From the NCBI RefSeq assembly GCF_006345805.1, contig NC_043023.1, positions 20,832,001 through 20,896,000 of the forward strand: DNA of 64,000 nt, read 5' to 3'. The number at the start of each line of letters is the position of its first letter. Within the stretch, counting starts at the first letter, position 1. Source of the DNA: Octopus sinensis. Taxonomy: Eukaryota. The notes under the pieces were generated by a model. It searched no databases. It saw only the letters and a program-made list of their open reading frames with translations, and had not been told where the DNA came from. Made by a program: the position numbers and the translations under genes. Positions 12,941 through 26,014 of the stretch are shown piece by piece.

Positions 12941-13009
<69 letters not shown>

Positions 13010-13041
13010 TTTATTTTAAGCAGCAGAAAATTCAACAAAAT

Positions 13042-13079
13042 CTGTTACTCTGAGTTTCTCGTTGCCGTTCATCAGACAG
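13042..13079 (-). ncRNA. Hammerhead motif family H4, left arm, unit 3
   Basis: Identical to 11014-11051. Confidence 0.6.
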
Positions 13080-13222
13080 TTTTTGCTAGAATGGAACTGA
13101 TATATCAATTCAATCTATACTCTTACAAACGCTACACCTTTAAAAAGTCCATTTCTTTTTAAAGGTGTAGCGTTTGTAAGAGTACAGATTGAATTGATAT
13201 ATCAGTTCCATTCTAGCAAAAA

Positions 13223-13260
13223 CTGTCTGATGAACGGCAACGAGAAACTCAGAGTAACAG
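13223..13260 (+). ncRNA. Hammerhead motif family H4, unit 3
   Basis: Identical to 11195-11232. Confidence 0.62.
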
Positions 13261-13671
13261 ATTTTGTTGAATTTTCTGCTGCTTAAAATAAAGCATATTA
13301 CTCTACCACTGGTATTTGAGTACTCTTTTTTCCACCTTGTTTCACATTTATGTGTTTACTCCGGTATATATATATATATATATATATATTTAATGAAATG
13401 GATAAATGAATTATCTTGTTACGGATTATTCAAAATTTTACCGATACCTGTGTGGCAAAAATCACACCAGAAAAGATACGGTTGAGGTTACGACCATGGG
13501 GTTCGCCCCCGTGCTTTAGCGCGGATAATTGAAGTTTTATATTTCAGTGAGGGAAGAAATGGAGCCGAACGAAGATTCTACAAAATTCCTTTTTATTATT
13601 TTCTACACATGTTTCAAAGGCTGCAAATTCCCAAACTCGGAATATATATATATACACACACACACACACAC

Positions 13672-13722
<51 letters not shown>

Positions 13723-13767
13723 ATATATATATATATATTATACATATATATATACATATATATATAC

Positions 13768-13798
<31 letters not shown>

Positions 13799-13885
13799 CA
13801 TAATATATATACATATATATATATACATATATATATATATAATATATATATACATATATATATATACATAATATATATACATATA

Positions 13886-13920
<35 letters not shown>

Positions 13921-14186
13921 CCCGAAAGGCTTCTTTCAGTTTCCATGTGGCTGGTAAGCAAGCTACTTGCCGCACGGCCACTCCTGCGCCTATGTGCATA
14001 AATAGGATATGAAGCTCCTTAATTGCTCCCCGTCCCAGTCATTCCACCTATTTAATTAGTTTGGTTCTTTCTCTTCCGTTTCTCTCTGTTTTTTTCCCCC
14101 TTTTAATGCCCCCCTCCTTCCCACAGCCCTTCTTTTCAGACACCATTTATAATGCTTTTATTCTTTTTTCTTTTTTTCTTTTTCAG

Positions 14187-14341
14187 GTCAATCAACGAGA
14201 TGACTTTGGTCGCACACCGCTACACAACGCATGCCTCTCTAGTCAAACCGACACGGTTGGCCTGTTGTTGAATCACGTTGGCATCGACGTCAATGTGGTC
14301 GACGACCATGGAAACACACCTCTACACTTCGCAGTTCATTT
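14187..14341 (+). CDS. ANK-RING-DD gene exon 3 (ankyrin)
   Basis: Long pyrimidine tract plus cag, TT|gtaagt donor; VNQRDDFGRTPLHNACLSSQTDTVGLLLNHVGIDVNVVDDHGNTPLHFAVH; phase 0 to 2. Confidence 0.9.
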
Positions 14342-14422
14342 GTAAGTCCCCATTCGATCCCGATTATCCAGTGATGCTTCTTTCTTTTTCACCGAGTCAT
14401 TCACGACATAATCCCACCATGG

Positions 14423-15064
14423 GTGGAGGCGCAATGGCCCAGTGGTTAGGGCAGCGGACTCGCGGTCGTAGGATCGCGGTTTCGATTCCCAGACCGGGCG
14501 TTGTGAGTGATTATTGAGCGAAAACACCTAAAAGCTACACGAGGCTCTGGCAGGGAGTGGTGGCGACCCCTGTTGCACTCTTTCGCCCCAACTTTGTCTC
14601 ACTCTTACTTCCTGTTTCTGTTGTACCTTTATTTCAAAGGGCCGGCCTTGTCACTCTCTGTGTCACGCTGAATATCCCCGAGAACTACGTTAAGGGTGCA
14701 CGTGTCTGTGGAGTGCTCAGCCACTTACACATTAATTTCACGAGCAGGCTGTTCCGTTGATCGGATCAACCGGAACCCTCATCGTCGTAACCGACGGAGT
14801 GCTCCGGCAAGGGATGGTGGTGATCCCTGCTGTACTCTTTCACCACAACTTTCTCTCACTCTTACTTCCTGTTTCTGTTGTACCTTTATTTCAAAGGGCC
14901 AGCCTTGTCACTCTCTGTGTCACGCTGAATATCCCCGAGAACTACGTTAAGGGTGCACGTGTCAGTGGAGTGCTCAGCCACTTACACATTAATTTCACGA
15001 GCAGGCTGTTCCGTTGATTCGGATCAACCGGAACCCTCATCGTCGTAACCGACGGAGTGCTTCC
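14423..15064 (+). mobile_element. SINE family B with internally duplicated 3' body
   Basis: One head, two bodies; single TSD AATCCCACCATGG (14410-14422, 15065-15077). Confidence 0.85.
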
Positions 15065-15171
15065 AATCCCACCATGGAAGAGTCGTTGTTTTCTTCTCTC
15101 TTTCACACAGTAATGGACACTGTAATCAACTTCATTAATTAATCATCACTATAATTGTTGTTGTTTCTTAG

Positions 15172-16245
15172 GGCGGCGATCTGGCAGAATCGTTAGCACG
15201 CCGGGCGAAATACGTAGCCGTGTTTCGTCTGCCGCTACGTTCTGAGTTCGAATTCGGCGAGGTCGACTTTACCTTTCCTCCTTCCGGGGGTCGATTAAAT
15301 AATTACCAGTTACGCACTGGGGTCGATATAATCGACTTAATCCGTTTGTCCCCTCTATGTTTAGCCCCTTATGGGTAGTAAAGAAATAGGTATTTTGTCT
15401 GCCGCTACGTTCTGAGTTCAAATTCGGCCGAGGTCAACTTTGCCTTTCATCCTTTCGGAGTTGATTAAATAAGTACCAGTTACGTACTGGGGTTGATATG
15501 ATCGACTTAATCCGTTTGTCTGTCCCCTCTGTGTTTAGCCCCTTGTGGGTAGTAAAGAAATAGGTATTTTGTCTGCCGCTACGTTCTGAGTTCAAATTCG
15601 GCCGAGGTCAACTTTGCCTTTCATCCTTTCGGGGTCGATTAAATAAGTACCAGTTACGCACTGGGGTTGATATAATCAACTTAATCCGTTTGTCTGTCCC
15701 TGTTTGTCCTCTCTGTGTTTAGCCCCTTGTGGGTAGTAAAGAAATAGGTATTTTTTCTGCCGCTACGTTCTGAGTTCAAATCCACCTTTCATCCTTTCAG
15801 AGTCGATTAAATAAGTACCAGTTACGCACTGGGATTGATATAATCCACTTAATCCGTTTGTCTGTCCTTGCTTGTCCTCTCTGTGTTTAGCCCCTTGTGG
15901 GTAGTAAAGAAATAGGTATTTCGTCTGCCGCTACGTTCTGAGTTCAAATTCCGCCGAGGTCGACTTTGCCTTTCTGGGGTCAATATAATCGACTTAATCC
16001 ATTTGTCTGTCCTTGTTTGTCCTCTCTGTGTTTAGCCCCTTGTGGGTAGTAAAGAAATAGGTATTTTGTCTGCCGCTACGTTCTGAGTTCAAATTCGGCC
16101 GAGGTCGACTTTGCCTTTCATCCTTTCGGGGTTGATTAAATAAGTACCAGTTACGCACTCGGGTCGATGTAATCGACTTAATCCGTTTGTCTGTCCTTAT
16201 TTGTCCCTTCTGTGTTTAGCCGCCTTGTGGGCAATAAAGAAATAT
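15172..16245 (+). repeat. SINE family C: single head followed by about 6 tandem body units
   Basis: Unit TTTCGTCTGCCGCTACG...GTAAAGAAATAGGTA repeated; related arrays at 2578-3170 and 63015-63300. Confidence 0.85.
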
Positions 16246-16998
16246 ATAATTGTTGTTGTTATTGCTGCTGCTTGACTGCACCCTTTCCTTCATTTCATCC
16301 TCCATTACCTCAATGTTACAGGTTCAAATCCTCTCTCTTCCTTTCATCTCATATGCAATTGAATTGCCTTCTCTCTCTCTCCCTTGTAGTTTACCCCTTT
16401 CCTCTGACCCTGGGCTAAATACAGAATCACCCCCTTTACAGTATTTACATTTCTCTCTTTATGCTCCATGTTGAAACCCTGCCAGAGTATCTATTATCAT
16501 TCTGGGGGTCAATATAATTTGGACCAGTAATACCCGGGGGTCCATTTAATAAATTGTCCTCCCTCTTTTCTCCTGTTCCTATACCTTATTACTGTTTTAC
16601 AAAATATCTTGTGATATTTATTTACGATTCTTTATGTTCTGAGTTCAAATCCTGCAAGGGCGGCTTGCCCTTCCATCTTTGCAAGATTGATAAGGTACAA
16701 TACCAGTCATGTACTGGGGTCCATATAATTAACTGCAGCCCTTCTTTCCTTCCTAAATTTCAGTTGCTCATTGTACAATATATATATATTTGTGTTTACT
16801 CAGATGTATATATATCATCGTTTTACTGTGTAGAGTGTGTATTGATTAAATGTATATGTGTGTAATAATTGTTGTAATTAGGTTATGGTGACCTAATTAT
16901 ATTTGTTTCTTTTTAATGACCAAATTACTATTAATTATCTCAATCTCTGTGATGTTTGTATTTTTCATATTTTTCTTCCCTCTTTCCATAATTTCCAG

Positions 16999-17035
16999 CC
17001 AACGCTCTGATGTGGTCACTCTGATACTGTCCCAG
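16999..17035 (+). CDS. ANK-RING-DD gene exon 4 (37-nt exon, not in ORF track)
   Basis: atttccag|C CAA CGC...TCC CAG|gttagt; (F)QRSDVVTLILSQ completes the second helix of the ankyrin repeat and supplies the required phase 2 to 0 bridge. Confidence 0.8.
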
Positions 17036-17336
17036 GTTAGTTAACAAATACATATTATATACACTCTCTAGATTTTTATTGATCTGTTTAATATTAATAT
17101 CATTATGGTACCAGTGAAATAATGGGGGTAGGTTTAATCCCTTGTAGCCCCAATCTCTTTCATTGACAGGATTTGGGTTTGTAGAGGAACTGTATTTTGG
17201 TCATGATCATGCTGATTGTAATGGTGATGGTGACAGTCCAACTGACCACCACCACTGACAATAGTATCTTTAATTGTCAGACAAAACATGGTCATTATGA
17301 AATTAACCAAAATATAACAGATTTCATGCTTATATA

Positions 17337-17643
17337 TCTTTATATATAAAATTGAAGTTGTGTGTGTGAGACTCTGTCTCCTCCGATTTAGATTCCTAAC
17401 TACTCCCACATTTTGCGGTGCAGTTTAACCAAAACCGGGTATCTTATAGTCATTATTGATATCGAGCCCTTCTGGGTATTAGTGCGCGTCTACGATGAGT
17501 CTACGATTAAAAAACAAATTTACCATCATTTTTCCGCATTTTTAATGATTTTTGCTCGGGTTATATAAGGGAAGTAACTCTCTAAAAATGCTTATATAGT
17601 TATTTCCCTTACAAACCCGAGCAACGCCGGGCGATACTGCTAG
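17337..17643 (+). mobile_element. Non-autonomous Helitron
   Basis: a|TCTTTATATAT ... CCCGAGCAACGCCGGGCGATACTGCTAG|t. Confidence 0.8.
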
Positions 17644-17849
17644 TATATATATTTAGTATGTATGTATGTTTGTATATGTATATATCATTTAACTGTTTTA
17701 GACATTAGACTGAGGTCATGCTGGAGCGATGTCTTGAAGAGTTTTTAGTCAAATGTCTTGACCCCAGTACTTTTTTAAGCTTAGTAATTATTCTCTCAGC
17801 CTCTTTGCTGAACCACTAATAATGATAATAATGTTCGTCCTTCGGGTTC

Positions 17850-18265
17850 GAAGATGACCACTGACATCATCTGGTGGAACTGCCGCTATGAGACCGGAGG
17901 TGGCTGGTGAGGCCAATCCGGGCAAGAAAGCCCCTCCCACAAGTGGGGCAGAAGTGGGTAGGGGCCGTGCTACTGGTGTAGGCGGCTCTGGCTTTCCGCA
18001 TCTGGCGTTTCTGCTCTGCTGATCGAATCCGTCCCACCTCGGCTGTCTCTGCTCCTGTGGTGATTGCGCTGCGCCAGGATGAGCGGTCGGCAGCAAGTGT
18101 CTCCCAAATCTCTGTGCCGATGGAGAAGTCTTTGAGAGAGACCTTGAGACTGTCCTTGAAGCGCTTCTTCTGCCCTCCGACTTTGCGTTTGCCCTGGCTG
18201 AGTTCACCGTAGACGAGCTGTTTTGGGATGCGGGTGTCGGACATGCGGACATGTCCACGTCTCCC
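17850..18265 (-). mobile_element. RTE (BovB-like) LINE 3' fragment
   Basis: RIPKQLVYGEL..GGQKKRFKD..DRSSWR..CPTCGRGFLARIGLTSHLRSH. Confidence 0.85.
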
Positions 18266-18558
18266 GCTGAACCACTACACACACACACACACACACACAC
18301 ATGTTCTTTTAGTTTCCATCTTCCAAACCTCCTCACAAGACATTGCCAACACAGATCGTGTTGTATAGCCAGCGGGAGACGATGCACCCTGGGGCTAAAT
18401 TACAGCAACATTCGTCCTAAACCAGGACTGCCTTGCTATGTTGGCAAAGAATCTTTACTCCAAAGTTCTGTTGCTGAATATCTCTCGTGAGATTTACAAA
18501 TAGTAATTTTCTAAGTTCGATCTTGTAATCCAGTAGAAGACAGTAACGATATATTGAT

Positions 18559-18591
<33 letters not shown>

Positions 18592-18972
18592 GTTTAGCGT
18601 CCGTTTTCCATGCTAGCATGGGTTGGACGGTTCTACTGGGGTCTGTGAAGCCAGAAGGCTTCATCAGGCCCAGTCAGATCTGGCAGTGTTTCTACGGCTG
18701 GATGCCCTTCCTAACGCCAACCACTCCGTGAGTGTAGTGGGTGCTTTTTATGTGCCACCCGCACAGGAGCCAGACAGAGCTGGCAAACGGCCACAAACGG
18801 ATTGTGCCTTTTATGTGCCACCGGCACGGGGGCCAGGCGAGGCTGGCAACGGACACGAACGGATGGTGCTTTTTACGTGCCACCGGCACGAGGCCAGTCG
18901 GGGCGGCGCTGGCAACGGTCACATTACTATCCAGCCTATTTTCATTTTCTTTTTTTTTTTACCTCCACAAAG

Positions 18973-19182
18973 GACTCATTGAAATTAGAAGTCAAGAACG
19001 ATGATAACAGGACCCCATTGCTTGAAGCTGTCATTCAAGGGCACCTCGGAATAATGCAAAAATTGATAACTAAGGGTGCAAAGATAAATGCAGTCGATAA
19101 TGAAGGCAATAATTGTCTGCACCTCTCTATCAAAAGAAATGTATTTCATTCCGAGGAGGAACACATTGACCTTTTAGATGAG
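18973..19182 (+). CDS. ANK-RING-DD gene exon 5 (ankyrin)
   Basis: T-tract...acaaag acceptor, GAG|gtaagt donor; DSLKLEVKNDDNRTPLLEAVIQGHLGIMQKLITKGAKINAVDNEGNNCLHLSIKRNVFHSEEEHIDLLDE; phase 0 to 0. Confidence 0.88.
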
Positions 19183-19251
19183 GTAAGTCTTAAAATTGCT
19201 TGAAGGGTTAGACAAAATAATGGGAAAACCTTAAAATTTTAAACAAATTTA

Positions 19252-19482
19252 TTTTAATATGGGGTAGGACTGCCTTTGGCAGTAATTACAGCTTGAATTC
19301 TATGAGGTATGGACTCGTACAAAGTTTGAATTGTAGGTGGGGGTGTGTCGCTTTTGAACACACTGTAAATATTTTAATATGGGGTAGGACTGCCTTTGGC
19401 AGTAATTACAGCTTGAATTCTATGAGGTATAGACTCGTACAAAGTTTGAATTGTAGGTGGGGGGTGTTGCTTTTGAACACAC
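19252..19482 (-). pseudogene. Tc1/mariner transposase C-terminal relic, tandemly duplicated (about 120 bp x2)
   Basis: Each copy reads LYESIPHRIQAVITAKGSPTPY*, the typical Tc1 end motif (SMPxRxxAVIxAKGxxTxY). Confidence 0.7.
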
Positions 19483-19589
19483 CGTAAAGTTGCCAGTGGA
19501 TATGCTCTCCTTTGTGGCAGTCGACGTTGCGTCTAACATGACCCATCACCTGAAGTTTTGACACCGCCTTCTGCTTTGTTGGCCTACAT

Positions 19590-19745
19590 GACACAAAGTA
19601 AATTTGGAGGAACTGTGGTTCTTCATTTGTGGGTAACAGGGAACCAGTGAGGTCATAGGATTGCCCTTGAATATTTTTGAACGTCGGCGTAAATCCATGT
19701 TCAATTATCACCTTTGATGCAGCAAACAATGTCATTTGAAATTCA
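19590..19745 (-). pseudogene. Helitron Rep/helicase N-terminal coding relic
   Basis: FQMTLFAA...EHGFTPTFKNIQGQSYDLTGSLLPTNEEPQFLQIYF matches the recalled RepHel motif FQMTSFG..TFKIQGQVYHxIGSLLP..PxFLQIYF. Confidence 0.7.
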
Positions 19746-20636
19746 GACATAGATCGTTAGCCACTACACACATTTTTTCTCTTCTTGTTTCTCTCCTGGT
19801 TTTTTCTGTGTCCCTTTATGTAGAAGAGCGTAGGCTCGAAACGTAAAAGACTTTTTCTATTCCTGAACGTTATTCTATTTCTGCAACATAAGAATATTTT
19901 CTGATATTGTTCAGAGAATCGTTTGACTGGATGGAAGTGCCTTCCAGAAGATCCATAAAAGATTGAGAAGGAGCTGGTAGTGTTGGTAATGTTACCTTAC
20001 CGCCTGAGCAACACATGCCACTAGTTTCATTTGGATAATGAGAAATGGACTCAGCTAGAGATGATGTAGGAACTCAATATCTCAGTATTGTGTAATCATT
20101 TTAATCACTGGATAAACAAACTATATGAAGCTATATGAAGTACTCTCTTTTACTCTTTTACTTGTTTCAGTCATTTGACTGCGGCCATGCTGGAGCACCG
20201 CCTTTAATCGAGCAACTTGACCTCAGGACTTATTTGTTTGTAAGCCCAGTACTTATTATATCGGTCTCTTTTGCTGAACCGCTATGTGACGGGGACATAA
20301 ACACACCAGCATCGGTTGTCAAGCAATGCTAGGGGGACAAACACAGACACACACACGCATATATACATGTACATATATACAACGGGCTTCTTTCAGTTTC
20401 CGTCTACCAAATCCACTCACAAGGCTTTGATCAGCCCGAGGCTATAGTAGAAAACACCTGCCCAAGGTGCCACGCAGTGGGACTGAACCCGGAACCATGT
20501 GGTTGGTAAACAAGCTACTTACCACACAGCCACTCCTGCACCTAGTTGAAACGTTGTGTAATTTGGAACATCAATAATGTATATTTGTGTAATAATGTAA
20601 TAATGTAGTCATCATTTTATATTTCACCTTTTGTAG

Positions 20637-20806
20637 TGCTGCAATGAACTGAGAACAGAAAAAAGGCTCTCTGGTGTGGCGATTGCTAATTATTTAGCCC
20701 GCCTGGGAGGCGACTTTCACTGCAAAAACACAGACTGTTTCACTCCACTGGACCTCCTTCAAAAAGCAGATTTGAAAGAGAAATTTAAAAGAGCATTCCC
20801 ATTACA
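20637..20806 (+). CDS. ANK-RING-DD gene exon 6 (last ankyrin repeats; not in ORF track)
   Basis: cacctttttgtag acceptor region, CA|gtaagt donor; CCNELRTEKRLSGVAIANYLARLGGDFHCKNTDCFTPLDLLQKADLKEKFKRAFPL resembles the MIB2 'AVACFLALEGAD...SPLDL' segment (recalled); phase 0 to 2. Confidence 0.85.
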
Positions 20807-22415
20807 GTAAGTATTCATTGGCAATGAAAAGAAAATAGAAAGTTCACTTTCTATTTTGTTTATATCATGGCTAACCACATAGGGGAGGGGGTGTTACTGT
20901 AGCTTTATAGCCCCAAGAGATCGTCGTCTCTAGCTGGCTTTAGACACCATATCAGTGCCCTTGAAATATTTGCAAAGGGAGGCCATCCCATCCTCGCAAG
21001 CCTGAGTGATACGCTCGGACTAGTTTCGGGATTGTTGTCCCTCGTCAACGGGCGGTAACCACCAGGATACGACGAAAGTGAAGGCCTCCTTGCAAAATAT
21101 ATAAGAGATTTTCTAGTGGCGTCTGCCACTGATTTCGAAAAGCTAACAGTAAGCATAATTAAATCTCAGAATGAGATTGAAACAGTAATCGCTCGATAAT
21201 GTAAAGTATAGAAGCCATCTTATCATGGCTAACCACATTGGGGAGGGGATGTTACTGTAGCTTTATAGCCCCAAGAGATCGTCGTCTCTAGCTGGCTTTA
21301 GACACCTGGCTTCTATACTTTACATTATCGAGCGATTACTGTTTCAATCTCATTCTGAGATTTAATTATGCTTACTGTTAGTTTTTCGAAATCAGTGGCA
21401 GATGCCACTAGAAAATCTCTTATATATTTTGCAAGGAGGCCTTCACTTTCATCGCAACCTGGTGGTTACCGCCCGTTGACGAGGGACAACAATCCCGAAA
21501 CTAGTCCGAGCGTATCACTCAGGCTTGCGAGGATGGGATGGCCTCCCTTTGCAAATATTTCAAGGGCACTGATATTGTGTCTAAAGCCAGCTAGAGACGA
21601 CGATCTCTTGGGGCTATAAAGCTACAGTAACACCCTCTCCCCTATGTGGTTAGCCATGATAAGATGGCTTCTATACTTTAATGTTTATACGTTTTAGTTC
21701 TACCAATACATTATACTATCTTAGTATAACTCTTTACTCTTTTACTCTTTTACTTGTTTCAGTCATTTGACTGTGGCCATGCTGGAGCACCGCCTTTAGT
21801 CGAGCAGATCGACCCCGGGACTTATTCTTTGTAAGCCCAGTACTTATTCTATCAGTCTCTTTTACTCTTTTACTTGTTTCAGTCATTTGACTGCGGCCAT
21901 GCTGAAGCACCGCCTTTAGTCGAGCAAATCGACCCCGGGACTTATTCTTTGTAAGCCCAGTACTTATTCTATCGGTCTCTTTTACCGAACCGCTAAGTGA
22001 CGGAGACATAAACACACCAGCATCGGTTGTCAAGCAATGCTAGGGGGACAAACACAGACACACAAACATATACACACACACTATTATATATATAATATAT
22101 AATATATATATATATATATAATATATACGACAGGCTTCTTTCAGTTCTGTCTACCAAATCCACTCACAAGGCATTGGTAGGCCCAGGGCTATAGCAGAAG
22201 ACACTTGCCCAAGATGCCATGCATTTGACTGCGGCCATGATGGAGCACCACCTTTAGTCGAGCAAATCGACCCCGGGACTTATTCTTTGTAAGTCCAGTA
22301 CTTATTCTATCGGTCTCTTTTGACGAATCGCTAAGTGACGGGGACGTAAACACACCAGCATCGGTTGTCAAGCAATGCTAGGGGGACAAACACAGACACA
22401 CAAACATATACACAC

Positions 22416-22456
<41 letters not shown>

Positions 22457-23175
22457 TACGACAGGGTTCTTTCAGTTTCCGTCTACCAAATCCACTCACA
22501 AGGCATTGGTCAGCCCGGGGCTATAGCAGAAGACACTTGCCCAAGGTGCCACACAGTAGGACTGAACCTGGAACCATGTGGTTGGTTAGCAAGCTACTTA
22601 CCACACAACCACTCCTGTGCCTTGATGAAAGGCCATACAACAATAACTAAATAACGAAGGGAATGAACACATTTTGAAATTGTTACTTAGAAGTCTATCA
22701 ACATTTTTTCCTATCTCTTCTCTGTCCCTATCAGTCATCAGCATGTAAGCTATCTGGAGAAAAAAACATCTACAAATACATACAAAGGTTATATAGATTC
22801 AGTAGATATAATATGACTTGCTAAAATCAGAGCCAATGAGAGAGAGAGATTCAGAAATGTAATATCTTTATATATATATATCATGTGATCACGTGATGGA
22901 CCAGGCTATCAGATGTTGCTACACATCGCTGGTCACAATGCGCTTCGCATTGTTTTAGCCTCCAAATGACGCCACCCCGCTGGCTAAGCGAACAGGCCAA
23001 CAGAAGAAAGAGTGAGAGAAAGTTGTGGCGAAAGAGTACAGCAGGGGTCTCCACCATCTCCTGCTGGAGCATTGTGGAGCTTTTAGGTGTTTTTGCTCAA
23101 TAAACACTCACATCGCCGGTCTGGGAATCGAAACTGCGATCCTACGACCACGAGTCCGCTGCCCTATCCACTGGG

Positions 23176-23225
<50 letters not shown>

Positions 23226-23281
23226 GAGAGGTGTATGTATTTATTATGTACATACATATAAACACACATACATATATATAT

Positions 23282-23322
<41 letters not shown>

Positions 23323-23498
23323 AATAAATTCAGGGTGAATACTTGATAAATGTAAGCCAGCTAGTAGCAGAGGTGAGAGGATATATTTATCAAATGAAAT
23401 AAAAAACAGAACACAAAGGATGTCGCGGTACACGTGTTTCGAGCTTTATAAAACAACCTATTCTTACATCAATGTATAATCGACATAACAGATAGTTT

Positions 23499-23570
<72 letters not shown>

Positions 23571-24616
23571 TATAGTAGAAATATGTTACAAAAAGAAAAT
23601 ATAAAATACACGTGGAAATGTGATGGGAAAATAAGAACAAATCAACGAAAATGCACATTGTAAAGAAAAAAAGAAAAGGCTTTTTATGAAAGTTAACGAC
23701 AGATATATACATTTAGATGGACTGAGGTAGTAATAAGGGTCATAAAAGTCATTATTATGAGATGATTAGAAAGTCAGAAAGCAAAGCATACCATGGCTTC
23801 GTCATAAGCTAATCATTGCTTTGAATATATATATATATATATATATATGCTGTTTGTAGATAAGTGTTATTACCGTTATTTATGATATTAATAAAGTAGT
23901 AATTAGGTGGCTTACAAGCACAATATAAAGTAATTTAAGATTCAGTAGGGTATCTAATACCACTTGCTAAAATCAGAGCCAATGTTCCAAAACCACAATA
24001 AACTCACGATAAAGGTACACACGAGCAATGCAATGACCATATGAGACATAGGCTTACCTTTGCGAACAGAGATCTGTTTTGTTACATAGGTCCGTCATAC
24101 ATGAAGCTATAATAATTGTATCCTATCTGTCCATCCATACACTTCAAAACCAAATGAATAAGTATTGAGCATTTGTTAAACAGATTAGATACAATAAAGT
24201 CAGAAATATTAAATTTCTAAATCTCTCATAGAGATATGTACGGTGGTGGGGCAATAGATTCTATCGCCCCACCACCGTACATATCTCTATGAGAGATTTA
24301 GAAATTTAATATTTCTGATTTTGGTAATCTGTGAATAAACTTCACTGAGAATTAGATATATACATTTGCGAATTCGGGACGGATATCCGCGGCTGGCGGG
24401 CGTCTGCTGCTCTAGACCGATGATGGACAAAGATCCTGAAACATGCGCGTCTCATGATGCACGCCTGGCTGCTGGGGGTATTTGTCTCGACTTCGTAAAT
24501 ATATAAGGACACAGGAAACAAATGTGTCGAAGCCATCAGGAGGCGTCGATGCTTCCTAGGGCTAAACAGCGGTGGTGTAACCCCCTACTGTCACGTTCAC
24601 GTTAGAGTGACAGTTT

Positions 24617-24985
24617 GTGGAGGCGCAATGGCCCAGTGGTTAGGGCAGCGGACTCGCGGTCAGAGGATCACGGTTTCGATTCCCAGACCAGGCGTTGTGA
24701 GTGTTTATTGAGCGAAAACACCTAAAAGTTCCACGAGGCTCCGGCAGAGGATGGTGGTGATCCCTGCTGTACTCTTTCACCACAACTTTCTCTCACTCTT
24801 ACTTCCTGTTTCTGTTGTACCTTGTATTTCAAAGGGCCAGCCTTGTCACTCTCTGTGTCACGCTGAATATCCCCGAGAACTACGTTAAGGGTACACGTGT
24901 TTGTGGAGTGCTCAGCCACTTACACGTTAATTTCACGAGCAGGCTGTTCCGTTGATTCGGATCAACCGGAACCCTCGTCGTCGTA
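24617..24985 (+). mobile_element. SINE family B
   Basis: Homologous to 5286-5673 over its full length. Confidence 0.85.
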
Positions 24986-25425
24986 ACCGACGGAGTGCTT
25001 CCATCCAGATTGACAGTATACAATAAAGTGTTTTTATATATACACACACAATGAATGTGTATTTACAAAATAAACTTGGGTTCATATTTATATTTCTTCA
25101 GAAGAAACAGAATATGTATTAAAAGTGAATTATATTTACGGAATGTATGTAGCACACTGTGTATAATTCAGTTTTCCTGGTCTACCAGAGTCTCAAGACA
25201 TATACTCTTTACTCTCTTTTACTTGTTTCAGTCATTTGACTGCAGCCATGATGGAGCACCATCCTTTTAGTTGAGCAAATCGACCCCAGGACTTATTCTT
25301 TGTAAGCCTAGTATTTATTCTATCGGTGTCTTTTTGCCGAACCGCTAAGTTACGGGGACGTAAACACACCAGCATCGGTTGTCAAGCAATGCTAGGGGGA
25401 TAAACACAGACACACACACACACAT

Positions 25426-25462
<37 letters not shown>

Positions 25463-25660
25463 AGTAGTTGAATGAATTATCTTATTATGGATAATTCGGT
25501 TAACCGATACCTGGGTAGCAAATTCACGTCAGAAAAACACGGTTGAAGCTACATGCCAAGGGCAGAGATCACGTGCTTTCGTGTGGAAATTTGTGTGTTT
25601 TTTTAAAATACAAATAAATGAAAGAATGGAGTTGAACGACGAATTAACAAAATTCTTTTA

Positions 25661-25743
25661 TTCTCGACATATGTTTCGAAGGCTGCATATTCCTAATTTC
25701 CAAGGAATAAGGGGTGCATTATGTCGCCTTCTCATCAGGAAAA
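25661..25743 (-). ncRNA. Type I hammerhead ribozyme with extended stem II, family H5 (intact core)
   Basis: TTTTC-CTGATGA-GAAGGC..TGCA..TATTCCT/AGGAATA TGCA GCCTTC-GAAAC atat GTC|GAGAA; canonical core, 6-bp stem II, GUC site. Confidence 0.85.
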
Positions 25744-25853
25744 ATGAGGAACTTATGTCAGCATCAAGATGCACAAAAACTATCGCTATGGGCTCCGTGT
25801 GAGCAGTCATCTAAAAGTTTTTGTGCATCTTGATGCTGACATAAGTTCCTCGT

Positions 25854-25936
25854 TTTTCTTGATGAGAAGGCGGCATAATGCACCCCTTATTCCTTCGAAA
25901 TTAGGAATATGCAGCCTTCGAAACATATGTCGAGAA
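25854..25936 (+). ncRNA. Hammerhead family H5, inverted copy with C3U change
   Basis: TTTTC-TTGATGA-GAAGGC...GCCTTC-GAAAC atat GTC GAGAA. Confidence 0.65.
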
Positions 25937-25980
25937 TAAAGGAATTTTGTTAATTCGTCGTTCAACTCCATTCTTTCATT

Positions 25981-26014
<34 letters not shown>

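Noticed and set aside
17788-18387. 199-aa - strand ORF, and the 204-aa and 166-aa ORFs at 40007-40621
   Set aside because: Alternative-frame or antisense read-through of RTE fragments and VNTR units
23425-23480. GAAAC ACGT GTA on - strand resembling a hammerhead 3' half
   Set aside because: No CUGANGA core or stem I upstream
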